Source: Perkinsus chesapeaki ATCC PRA-425
Lineage: Eukaryota; Protista; Perkinsozoa
Length of the DNA: 33,451 bases
Direction: 5' to 3'
Assembly: GCA_013115145.1 (NCBI GenBank)
Contig: JAAPAO010000392.1
Span: 1-33,451, forward strand
The position numbers were made by a program, and so were the translations under genes. This document shows positions 10,172-20,675 of the stretch, piece after piece; position 1 is the first letter of the stretch, and each line of letters starts with the position of its first letter. The notes below the pieces were generated by a model. The model ran no database searches and was not told where the DNA came from. It saw only the letters and a program-made list of their open reading frames with translations.

Positions 10172-11421
10172 ATGCTTTCCGCGAAGACATCGTTGAAAGT
10201 GTTCGGCACCGTCGCTGCCCGAAAGTGTGCCATCCTTGGGCCTCTACGGGTACTAGCCATCATAGCGATCGTCGGATACAGTGCATCAGCATCAACTGCC
10301 GCCGGCCTTATCGGTGACAGCAGCGCCGTTTGGATATCGAGGGTTCGCCAAGAAGAGCCCGCCGAAGCAGAAGAGTAAGGAGGAGAAGCAGCAAAGCGCG
10401 CAGCGAAAGAAGGTGAACCCACTGGATGAAGCGGAATGGCTAGCGGGCTGGTTCAGGACCTCAAGGACCGACGAGAAGCTGATAAATTCATTTCGTTGGA
10501 TGACACCAAGACCGGTGGGTCATCACGGCGGGGTTGTTCTTGATGAGATGTCAGTTGGTTCCCTGACGCCGGCTGAGCGCCGTCAGCAGCGACTTGATCA
10601 GAAGATGGAACACGGCAATATGTTGAAGGAGGTAAATGTGCGGCCTAGAAGGAAACGTTGAAGGAAACCCTCAGCAAACCAGAGCCCTTGACGATGAAGT
10701 CAAAGAGATGAGATCGGCGCTGCAGGAAGTACAAGTGGAGCAGGCCTCTCCGGAGCTCTTCCGCAGTATAACGGTGAGACCGTCCAGCTCAGCGTTGTTG
10801 AAGGCCTTGTGTGCTGTCAGGTTGCTGAGAAACCGCTGCTGAGTATCTCTCAAATGAGCATCGTTAACGCAACAACTGTGAACTTCTCCGTGTTCGATGA
10901 CAGTCTCGCGGGGGCGTAAGGCGCCGCTGACTGGCCGTCATTAAGATCCATTCAGATGCCAGAAGGCTATTCAGCTAAGAGGGAAGAATTGGACGGTAAA
11001 CAAGGATGGAAATAAGGTGAGACACGCCAGCGAAAGGCTCGTTACATAACCGCCGCCCATCTGCCTATTTGTCAAGATCGGCGTCATACTGCCAAAGGTG
11101 ACTAGGGAAGTTCGAAACGAGTGCCTCAACCGCTGTAAGGGTATACTGAAGAAGTACCAAAGAAACGTGAATGCGATCAAAGCTAATATGCTAGAGTAGC
11201 ACTAACGTAGCCAGGCGCCGGCGTAGTCTCCGTGCTGTAGGGAGAACAAGAAGATGATGCCGTCTACAGAGATGGAAAAGACGGAAGCTGCGAAGATAGA
11301 AAAGATTGTGAGTTTGTGTACCACTAGAAAGGAATCGTTGTTCGATCAGTACAAGCAAAGGGCCGACCAGCTACTCGCTCTGCTGAAGGAGAAAGAACAG
11401 GCGATGTCGAAAGCTACATGA
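10172..11421 (+). CDS. frr: organellar (probably mitochondrial) ribosome recycling factor-like protein, multi-exon
   Basis: Basic presequence-like N-terminus (MLSAKTSLKVFGTVAARK). RRF-like segments are ALDDEVKEMRSALQEVQVEQASPELFRSITV, ISQMSIVNATTVNFSVFD, IGVILPKVTREVRNECLNRCK and FDQYKQRADQLLALLKEKEQAM. The sequence is divergent. Confidence 0.62.
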
Positions 11422-11468
11422 GATCCTGTGTTGCACGAGGAATGTTTCCGAGACCAGTCGTTCCGCGT

Positions 11469-11995
11469 TCACGAAAGTGAAGCCATATGACGAAACGAAC
11501 GCCTCACATGACGCCAATACTGTAGTGCAAGTCCCAAGCTGTTGCGTTTGGTCGTATAATCTGTGTTTGGTTGTGTAGGAGAGCTCGTCTGTGCTGTATT
11601 TGATGAATCCTTGATTGGATATGATTTGAGCTTCGAGCTAATCAGTGGGCAAGACAAAGTGCTGCCAATGCCAAATTTGATTGATTATCACGCTGATGAT
11701 CACTCAACTTGCTGATAATATCAGCAATGAAAAACTGAGCCTTCAATGCCTCATCGCAGTCAATAAAAGGATCTCTTAACAATTTACAGAGAAGAAACCC
11801 TCTGTACGGTAGCGTGTGAATTTCCCACTGTTCCCACATAATCCTAAATTAGAACCAGGCTTCTACAGTAAGTCTGGTTCTACAGTACGACGGCATAATG
11901 GTAGGGCCGCACAGTTCTGGTACAGTTCCCGCCAAGCTAGCGACCTAGAGGGCTATGAGAACCATTTACCGGCTCCTATCCTGATCACTTGCCAT
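11469..11995 (-). CDS. possible hypothetical spliced gene
   Basis: ATG at 11995 (MASDQDRSR) is followed by a GTAAAT donor and protein-like open segments (SLAWRELYQNCAALPLC, QFFIADIISKLSDHQ). No family recognised. Confidence 0.3.
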
Positions 11996-12871
11996 GAGGT
12001 ACGTGCAGCTTTTGTCACGGCCAATGCTGCACGTGTAACAAAGCGCCCAATTTAGAGACTGCTTGCGACCACTCTGCGATTCCCCTCCTTAAATAGACTA
12101 GAATGTCGCATGAAGACCAGTCTTCGTTACACGTTTTTGGGGAGAAAGGCGAGAAGCGTTCTACGTATGAGATATTTCACGAGAAAATACATTATTCTCC
12201 GAGAGACTTTCTCTCCGTAAGGAGCAATTCTCGGGAAGCCAGCCTTTTGGTAGTTCCGTGGGGGTTTAAGCTGTAATTGCCTTTCACCGGTTAGAGCCGC
12301 ACAGACGAGATTTCCTCACCAGAATGTCTGCGGTGTCGGACGGTTTTAAAGGAGTTATGTTAGTTTTTTGCGTTCGAAATCGCTCGTTCTTCAAAGCTCG
12401 AAGCCTTAAGCAATCAACACCAGCGCTTCCCCAGAATACGGGTGCAGCTGCATTGCGTACGCTTCATCATCGCGGACTTTGGGGGTCGAAGGGTTCGCAA
12501 ACAGCTCGCTGCCCGAGGATCTCTTTCGGTTGGACTTACTGAAAATTACGCCGGTACTTTACTTCCCAACTGGAGGATTGAACACCACCAAGTATGATGT
12601 ACTCAGTATATATTTGGCAGGTTCTGTATTGGCTTCCGCGCGCAAGTACGGTAGCCCTATGGCGCCACAGTATGGCGCCGTGACCTACCACTGTCACAGT
12701 GTTTGCGCATACGTGCGCTTGGCATTTGCTAGCAACCGCCTCATGTTCGCTGTACTCAAGTATGCTTCATAGCAGAGTGGGCACGTCTGCCGACTGCCTT
12801 CGGTTCGTATTATACCCCTCCTATAGTTGCTCGTTCCGGCCCCACGTTTGTCAGAAGATATATTCGCTTTA

Positions 12872-13662
12872 ATGACCAGTCATCCCAATATAACTCCTCG
12901 AGGTATATTCTTGCTCTCTGTGGCGAGTTCTATAGTGGGCGTATGCTCTGTCAGAGCAGCTCTGAAAAGCTCATTACTGCTGACTTTCCACCTGGTTGTA
13001 AGGGTGGGCCTGGTGTCTCGAAAGATAGCGACATAAAAGTGATAGACGGTGTATGCGTGTACAGTACGCTCGAGAACGATGAAAAAGTGGCTGCGGTCCT
13101 GCTGCACTCTAACCAGCCCAGTACATATGGCGATATGCTCGTTTCCTTTGGACTAGTCAGAGATAATAACACCGTCAAGCGTGTGTACCAGTACACCGAA
13201 GGCTGGGCTCACATGCAATTCGAATACGAAGGCGTACGAGTCCGTTTCAACCCCGCGCCGGGGAAAAAGCTGAAAGATAATGCTACTAGGCGTAAAGATG
13301 GTTCACTCTACCTGCCTAATCTTGGTCTGGTAACCTATGTGGAGGTCGCTCTCCCAGATCATCAGAGAATTATAAGTGACTGGTATATGGTGGAAGGAGA
13401 AGCTCAAGGCAGAGAGAGTCCGACAGGTTCGGATATGTTTCATCAGTTTGAGAAAGAGGTGCAAGGCGTCCAGAACTCCACTTTAAACTTTGTGGTCACG
13501 ATGTGGCAGATGGAGATGGTTCACGGATGGTACTTCAACCATCACATTTTCATTTACCTTAAATACTTTGCTGAGGGGAAATGGAAGTCTTTTAGCAAAG
13601 GTCTTTGGATGGTTGAAGGATCTATGTTGGAACCACATATGATGAATAATGGTAGCCTATGA
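12872..13662 (+). CDS. unknown family paralog A; body 12943-13662 intact, hydrophobic leader in another frame
   Basis: The 239-aa intronless ORF aligns end to end with 15334-16101 (CKGGPG, VCVY, SNQP, RVY, FNPAPG, DGSLYLPNLG, GWYFN). The leader MTSHPNITPRGIFLLSVASSIVGVCS starts at 12872. Confidence 0.75.
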
Positions 13663-15333
13663 TTGCGAAGAAGGATGCGATTGAGAGCGTATCGTATTTC
13701 CGTCAGCGTCGAGGACCTCCACATCAGGGAGTCCCATATAGGCCCTCGTCGTTTCCCCTCATTGAAGAACCCCAAATCCGAGCCCTCAATCGTTTTTTAT
13801 CCCCTTCTCAACTATGTTTGTTGTGATCCATAGCATCGTTATAATACTATCATACTTCAATGAACGGGTTGCCGGTGCAGCAATGCCGATGGCTTCTCGG
13901 ACCGAGAATCTCAGTACTACTGAGTCAGTAGATTTTTGTTACTATCGCGCGGTTCTTCTCAACCTTTGAGGCTCTTGTTTAAGCTTCAACAACAACCCGT
14001 TCATTCTGGTGTAGGAAATAACCCTCTAGTCATTATGAGACCTTTGGATTGTTATTGTTATTGGTATTGTTGTCTGTTGTTTGCTTTGTGCTGTTCGTCG
14101 TGCGCATGGCGTCCAGCCGTGTGTCGTGGTATCGTATTTGGGACACAATAGTCTGGGCAGTCATTTTCGGCACAAATAAGCAAGTAGACGTTTATGCTGT
14201 GACAGTTGTGAACGCGCGCCCTTTGTTCTTGCGTGTAAGATGGTAGTAAGCCACTCTTAGTCTTCACACATTAGTGTGAGAGGTATCTGTCATCTACATA
14301 TTTCTATTCTCAACATAAAATCCCCCCTTGCGTTATGCCAGTAGCGGGACAATGTGTGCGCGCATGAGTACGCTTGCGCTTGTGTTGCTTCAGCAGATTT
14401 AGCTGTAGTCACACGTGGGCCTTCGCCACGCGCAGTGCACAAGCCTGCCCCTCCACTGCATAAAGCAGCATGGTGCCTAAGTTCAGCCACGCAACAAAAC
14501 CAAAGACACTTTCTCGTCCTCAGTGTCCTGGCGCCAAATTGGCCACACAGGTGCGGCCCCCTGAAGCCAAGATGGCTTGCACGCGCTTAGTACGTAACCG
14601 ATCGAAGTCGCCGACTATCTGTGGGGAGTGCCTATCAAATTGTCAATAGCATACCTACTAGGTATTACCTAGTAGTAGATGGGTCTCTAACGTGTGTCCA
14701 AGGAGCGCCACTCCTGGAACGGACTCCATGCGGTTGTCGCGACATTGGGTCCGCGCTATCTTTGCCCCTCTCCGTTCGGTACATTTGGTAGGCTGCAAGG
14801 CTCCTGTTACTCACCACAGAGCCCTGTGACAGGCAATCTGTGCCAATACAGCTCTGTCCAAGCTAGGTGACCAACAGGCGGGAGAATTAGGGGCCCTCTA
14901 CAACCCAATCCAGTCGTTACTGGGTCAGTTATGCTGGTACTTGGAATACGGTCTCGATGTACGCATATAGTGGCCAGCTATTATACTACCCATGGCGGGC
15001 AGCCCAGCGTTATTTGCTACAGCCTATTCTATCATTTTGTATTGACCTCTATTGTATTCTAGCACCACGATGTGAAAATCGCCTACGATTTGTCCTAACA
15101 TGCCTCCGCTCAATTCAGTCATCATCCGGGACTGGAGCAGTGAGCGCTATACGGTCACAAGCCCTGAATCGTGACCGAAGCAGTGTCACAAAGGCTCCCG
15201 GATAGCTACGCTTCCCGAAGCCTGTAAATACAAGCCCGAGAAGGGCTTTCGGTTAGTGTTGGTCCGCTTTCCTCTTCCCAATACTTGGTACTTATTTGTG
15301 CGTTTCGTCCCTCAGGTATTTATTGCGACTTTA

Positions 15334-16101
15334 ATGTCGAATCGGTTAGCATTCTGCTCTATCTTCTTCGTTGCTGTATTGATCTCTGTGATGGCGGCGA
15401 AAAGGCCGAACGACTTCAGGGTCCTCGCTGATTATCCAGCTGCTTGTAGAGGTGGCCCTGGTGCCGGAGAGGGTAGTGACATGCAAGTTGCAAGCAACGT
15501 ATGCGTATACACCATACTAGATGGCGACACGGCGGTATCCGGTATTCGCATCCAATCCAACCAACCCGGCTACGTTGGGGCTATGTACTTGGAGTTAAAT
15601 ATTGAAAGACCTGCTGGAGGCAATGCTAATAACCGTGTCTACGAGAAAACAGATGGTGCGGCCCGATTACAGTTCAACTACACCGATGTTACAGTTAATT
15701 TCAACCCCGTGCCTGGGCAACAGACGGTTGATAAGTTCACCGTGCTTGATGACGGCTCGCTTTGGTTGCCGCATCTTGGTATGGGAGCCTATTGTGATAT
15801 TACGTTCCCAAATGAGCAGAAGATTACTGAAGGTTTCTGGACGATAGATGGGTACGCCGTAGCCAAGCCTATTCCTGTGGGTTCGGTGATGATGCATTTC
15901 TCTAATGCCATGAAAACGGGCGCCGGAGGCTCCCTGTTCCGTGCGGAGATCGTCATGATGCACTTGGAGATCCCTGGTGGGTGGTACTTCAACTACGAAT
16001 TCGGCACTGACCTCGTATACTACCTCGACGGTGTTAGGCATAAGGTATTCGAAAGAGCTGTCTTAGCTACTGGTCATATGTTCAACAAGACAGCTAATTA
16101 A
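15334..16101 (+). CDS. unknown family paralog B, probably secreted, ~255 aa, intronless
   Basis: N-terminal signal-peptide-like MSNRLAFCSIFFVAVLISVMAAK, no other TM segment, paralogy to A and C. A CCCTCAG acceptor lies 18 nt upstream of the ATG. Confidence 0.85.
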   Translation: MSNRLAFCSIFFVAVLISVMAAKRPNDFRVLADYPAACRGGPGAGEGSDMQVASNVCVYTILDGDTAVSGIRIQSNQPGYVGAMYLELNIERPAGGNANNRVYEKTDGAARLQFNYTDVTVNFNPVPGQQTVDKFTVLDDGSLWLPHLGMGAYCDITFPNEQKITEGFWTIDGYAVAKPIPVGSVMMHFSNAMKTGAGGSLFRAEIVMMHLEIPGGWYFNYEFGTDLVYYLDGVRHKVFERAVLATGHMFNKTAN

Positions 16102-16698
16102 TGTGGGGATATGCTGGTCCTGATAGTACGAGCACCTTCTTTTGTTCTAACTCTACATAGGGCTCTTCAATGTAAGAGCGTCAAGCTCTCGTAAGCCCTG
16201 GAAGTCAGTCCGTCAGTCCTACGCATTATCTAATGTCTTAGTCAGCTCTGCTTGGGCGTGATTGCGTGTGTCTCGGGCACATGCTGGTACGATACCTGCT
16301 CAGGGCATGCTATACCCGCTATTCAACAGTAGGCGGGCTTCGGTGAGCCCTGCAGCTAAGTAGCTTTGTTGTACATAACCAGTTATCCAGTACTTTGTTT
16401 AGATTAGTGCGTTCCAACTAGGTCGTACAATTCTGTTTATTACCTTCCAATCGGGCCATAGATGGTATACTGTATCAGCCATTTGATAGGGCTTGTTTAG
16501 CTATCTTGTCAGTGAGGAGGTGCTGAGTTGTGATATTAACGGTCTCACGGTAAATAGAGATACAACGACTATCAAGTACAGTATCTGGTTCCTTTTGGGA
16601 CATAGTGTAAAACGAGCGAATCTTGTTCATTCAATCTCTAGTACCTTTACATTGTGAAGCACGGCTATTTGTGCGGTTAGATAGATTTTGTGGTATCC

Positions 16699-17248
16699 AT
16701 TCAAGTGGCTGTGGAAGGAAGCTTTTGTGTTGAGAGATTTGACACCGTGCGGCAGAGTATGCTCATGTGGGTTGGTCCGACCCGAGAGAATAATAACATC
16801 ACCCGCGTGTCTCAGTACACGGAGGGCTGGACTCATCCTCAACTCTAACAGAGTGATGTAAGAGCCCGTTTCAACCCAGCACCTGGTACCCAGATGTCGG
16901 ATGAGTCTACAGGACATACTGATGGCTCATTTTACCTGCCTAATATTGGCTTGGTATCCTTTGCGGAAGCTTGGCTTCCGGAGCATAAGGAAATTGTAGA
17001 TAGGTGGTGGATGGTGGAAGAATACGCTACTGGCAAAGTCGCTGATGCATCATTATGCTCAGAAAGTGTCGACAGGCGACGAGAACTCCACTTTATATGT
17101 TAAGATTGTGCTGATGCATCTGGAGATCCCTGGTGGCTGGTATTGCGACTGTGAATTCGGTATCGACCTCACATACTTGGCAGGAGGGGTCTGGCATGAG
17201 CTTGATCGAATGTTTATCATCGCTCAAGATCATATGTACGCACCATAA
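16699..17248 (+). pseudogene. unknown family paralog C, degraded
   Basis: Homologous segments RVSQYTEGW, RFNPAPG, DGSFYLPNIGLV and IVLMHLEIPGGWY. In-frame TAA at 16846-16848, a frameshift with deletion near 17035-17045, and an eroded 5' end with no signal peptide. Confidence 0.85.
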
Positions 17249-18438
17249 CAAAAGCGTTGCGAGAGTGCTGTAGGATCGACAGTGCCGAGAACACCCTAAT
17301 CTGAGAGTTCCGATGGGATTCCCATCATGGAAAACCAGCAACGGCTCCTACCGAGAAACTTTCAGTCAGGTCTTCACCGATGTTGCCTCATACTGCACTA
17401 TTTTCATCGTTAAATTGTGTGATTCTCCCATTCCATCTCTTGGTTCTGGCAGTGCCTTTGAAGTCCAGTCATTTCTGGTTTGTTGTTTCACCACTACCCG
17501 CGCACGATTACGACTTAAACTAGAGTGTCTGCTCATCTGAGAAGGATGGGCAGCCTGGCGGTATTGCTCGCGCATTATAAAGGCTCTGATCGACGATCGC
17601 ATAGGAGCGTTCGATCGGATTCCACGAGCTTCATTCTTGCGCTTGAGGAAGCATACCGCAACAGTGGTATTCTATTCATACGTCAAGTATGATACCCGCC
17701 CCTCATTGGGCATTGTTAAGTTTCCTGGGCATTTACGCGGTGTCGAGTTCTGATCTAAAGTCAGCTTGATTCGGATTCTGAATTGCGCAGTGAGAAGATT
17801 CGTGACAGTAACATTACTCGAGCGCAAGATCAAGTACCACTGCTGCCTCTGCTACCGTTGGAGCGACTGTTCGTATTGGAACTTACCGATGCGGTTTACG
17901 GCTTACGCCAGTTCAAGTAGGACTATGAGCCAATGCGATCCGCAAGTTATTCCCTGAAACATCCAGTAAGCCCGATTCTTGAAGCACCTAACCCATCGCA
18001 CATCGATAAGTCTAGCCCTTAGACTCCGAGTCTGAAGGGTGTGATAGCCTATTACTGATAGGCTGCATGTTGACTCAACCCAGTTGAGCTGGTTGAGCAA
18101 TCTCAGGAATCCTGAGTCAGGACTTAGTCCATACGAGAAAAGTATGTCCCATCTCACTTGATAGCTAACATGATATTCAACTACAACCTTCCGTTATCGA
18201 TGAACTGTCATCCAAGCCAGTTCAAGAAAGAACAACACAAGACGAAAAAGTGTAACCATAAACTTGTCAAATTTAATAGTAATTGTTAGGAACAAAAAAA
18301 CACTGGGGCCTCACCACAGTCAGCAATAGCATTGCTAAACACTTTACAGAGAAAATAGATTCCAACTGTACACGTTAATACATAGGGGATCTCTCCCATT
18401 TAGAAATACAGAAAGAGTAACTATAAATATTAGACTTT

Positions 18439-19965
18439 TTATACCTCAACTGGTTTAGATGAAGAGTCAGCAGAAGGCTTATTGGTCTTCTTGCTGTATT
18501 TAGAGTGGAAGTGCGACTGGATCTCCTCGAAGGTCTTACCCTTAGTCTCTGGGATGAAGACTAATACGAAGACTATCATAACCAAGCAGACAACAGCGAA
18601 ACTCCAGAAGACACCCTGGTAGGTAATCGCCTGTCTGTAGTCATCCAAGAACATAGTAACAATCCAGGAGAAGAACCAGTTAACACCAGTAGCAATAGAT
18701 GCGGATAAACCTCTCACTTCGTTGGGGAAAATCTCGGCCATAATCAACCATGGGATAGCACCAACGCCGATGGAGAAGGAAGCAATGTAAAGGAAGGCGG
18801 CGAAAATAGCCAACCAACTAACATTGTTACCATTAACATCATCAAGGAAGAAGAAAACACCCAACAAGATAGCCGCGATACACATTCCTGCGGCACCAGC
18901 TACGAGGAGAACTCTTCTACCAGCCTTGTCCATAATCACACAGGCTATGAGAGTGACAACAACCTGGCAAGCCATAACAGCAAGGGCCATGGCCTCCTTA
19001 TTATCAAGACCAGCAGCTTGGAAGATGGTAGTCTGGTAGAAGATAACAGCGTTAATACCGGACAGCTGCTGCAACACCTGTAGAGCGATACCGATGAACA
19101 ATTGCATCTTGCATTCGCCGAGGGCATGGAAGGCCCACTTGACGCTTCCCTTCCAGCTATCGGATGCATTCTTAGATTCACGCTCAGCTGCCTCCTCGTA
19201 AGCCCTGACCTCTTCAGTGATCTCAGGATCCTCCTCCACGGACTTGGACCCTCGAAGCCTCAAGAGGACCTTAGTAGCTTGGTCAAGCTTGTTGTGCTCG
19301 GCCAACCAGCGAGGGGACTCGGGGACGAGGAAGACACAGATACCCAACAAAGCCGAAGGGATGAGGTAGATCCAACTGACATTCCTCCAGTTGCAGAAGG
19401 TGCTGTCAGTAGCATTGGGATCAGTAGAACCAGCATCAGTTCTAAAGGCCAAACCAAGAGCGTAAGCAAGGAGGATACCAATAGTGATAGCAAGCTGGTT
19501 GCAAGCTCCTAAAGCACCACGAATGGCAGTTGGAGAAACCTCACCAATGTAAGTGGGAGCAACGACGGATTCGATACCGACGACGAAACCAACGAGAACA
19601 CGGGCGAACAACAACTGCCAAGCGGTGTGAGCCAAAGCTTGCCACAGGTAGATAAGGAGGAAGCAGGGAGAGCAGGCGAACAGTGTCCACTTCCTGCCAA
19701 TCTTCTCAATTAGGGGGCCACCCAAAAGGATAGCACCACCCATGGCACCAAGGTTAACCAAGGAACCGAAAAGCGATGCCTCGGTGGAAGTGTCGAACAC
19801 GTACAAGTGATTGTCAGGGCCTATCTGGATGGGAGTACCATCCGCAGTAGTAACACTATTTTGCATAGTATCGATGGTCTGACCAGTGAAACCCAAAGTA
19901 AGACCAAACATAAGTGGCCCCAAGAGGGAGGCGGCAACGGACAGGATAGCGCAGGTGTACTTCAT
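18439..19965 (-). CDS. MFS sugar porter (hexose transporter, GLUT6/8-like), copy 1, 508 aa
   Basis: Intronless. About 12 hydrophobic segments and the motifs GRK, PESPRWL, QQLSGINAVIFY, DKAGRR, GAIPWLIMAEIFP and PETKG. Confidence 0.97.
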   Translation of the reverse strand: MKYTCAILSVAASLLGPLMFGLTLGFTGQTIDTMQNSVTTADGTPIQIGPDNHLYVFDTSTEASLFGSLVNLGAMGGAILLGGPLIEKIGRKWTLFACSPCFLLIYLWQALAHTAWQLLFARVLVGFVVGIESVVAPTYIGEVSPTAIRGALGACNQLAITIGILLAYALGLAFRTDAGSTDPNATDSTFCNWRNVSWIYLIPSALLGICVFLVPESPRWLAEHNKLDQATKVLLRLRGSKSVEEDPEITEEVRAYEEAAERESKNASDSWKGSVKWAFHALGECKMQLFIGIALQVLQQLSGINAVIFYQTTIFQAAGLDNKEAMALAVMACQVVVTLIACVIMDKAGRRVLLVAGAAGMCIAAILLGVFFFLDDVNGNNVSWLAIFAAFLYIASFSIGVGAIPWLIMAEIFPNEVRGLSASIATGVNWFFSWIVTMFLDDYRQAITYQGVFWSFAVVCLVMIVFVLVFIPETKGKTFEEIQSHFHSKYSKKTNKPSADSSSKPVEV

Positions 19966-20675
19966 GAAACTATTAGAATATTGAACGCTGTAAAAATAAC
20001 AAAGTCAGCGGCTTAACCGATTGATGCTCAACCACCGGTTAGTTCTGCTTGAATGAGTATCCCCGTTGCCCCTACAGCGTACCGCTAGCGTGCTAGCCTA
20101 ACCCACCGGGAAGGAGCAAATTTGTGTCCCTCTCGCAAGGGAACATTGAGTGCTCAAAATAGGTTAGGCGGAATCCTCGCGAGTAAACCTGCTTACTTGT
20201 GCAATCAACTTTTGAGTAGTGAAGGAAATATAGGAAGAAAACACCCATAGGCGAGGAAACATTCGCGTTATCATATAATTATGATCGACACAAAGGGGAC
20301 ATTTCACACAAACCCGTCTGTGCGACGCAGGAGCGAATTTCAAAGGTTCTCAAGCGGAACATTTTCACCCAAAACCTTCTCAGCGCTCAAACTAATCACG
20401 CCAAATAGAACTTACAAACACAACAATAGGATTCTATAGCCGTAGCTTTGATAAATTTGCAAAGTTGCCTGTTGGGCTACTTAACAACCCCGTCGAATAG
20501 GGCGATACTTTTAGTCGTCTGATTAACGGGTTTATAGAATGATTACACGTAAACTGCCTAAACGGACAGCTAAACAATGAAGAGAGGATGGCCCTCTTTC
20601 ATTTAAAAACAAGATTATAGATTCATTTTATAGACTGACAGGATCCCTGTCAGAAAAATACTCCCTGTCGCAAAC

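Noticed and set aside
13663-15300. Short ORFs, a GT-rich low-complexity stretch and a possible transposon relic in the A-B spacer
   Set aside because: No RT, integrase or transposase motifs, terminal repeats or consistent splice model were found.
17250-18400. Short ORFs between pseudogene C and transporter copy 1
   Set aside because: No recognisable motif or similarity to either flanking family.
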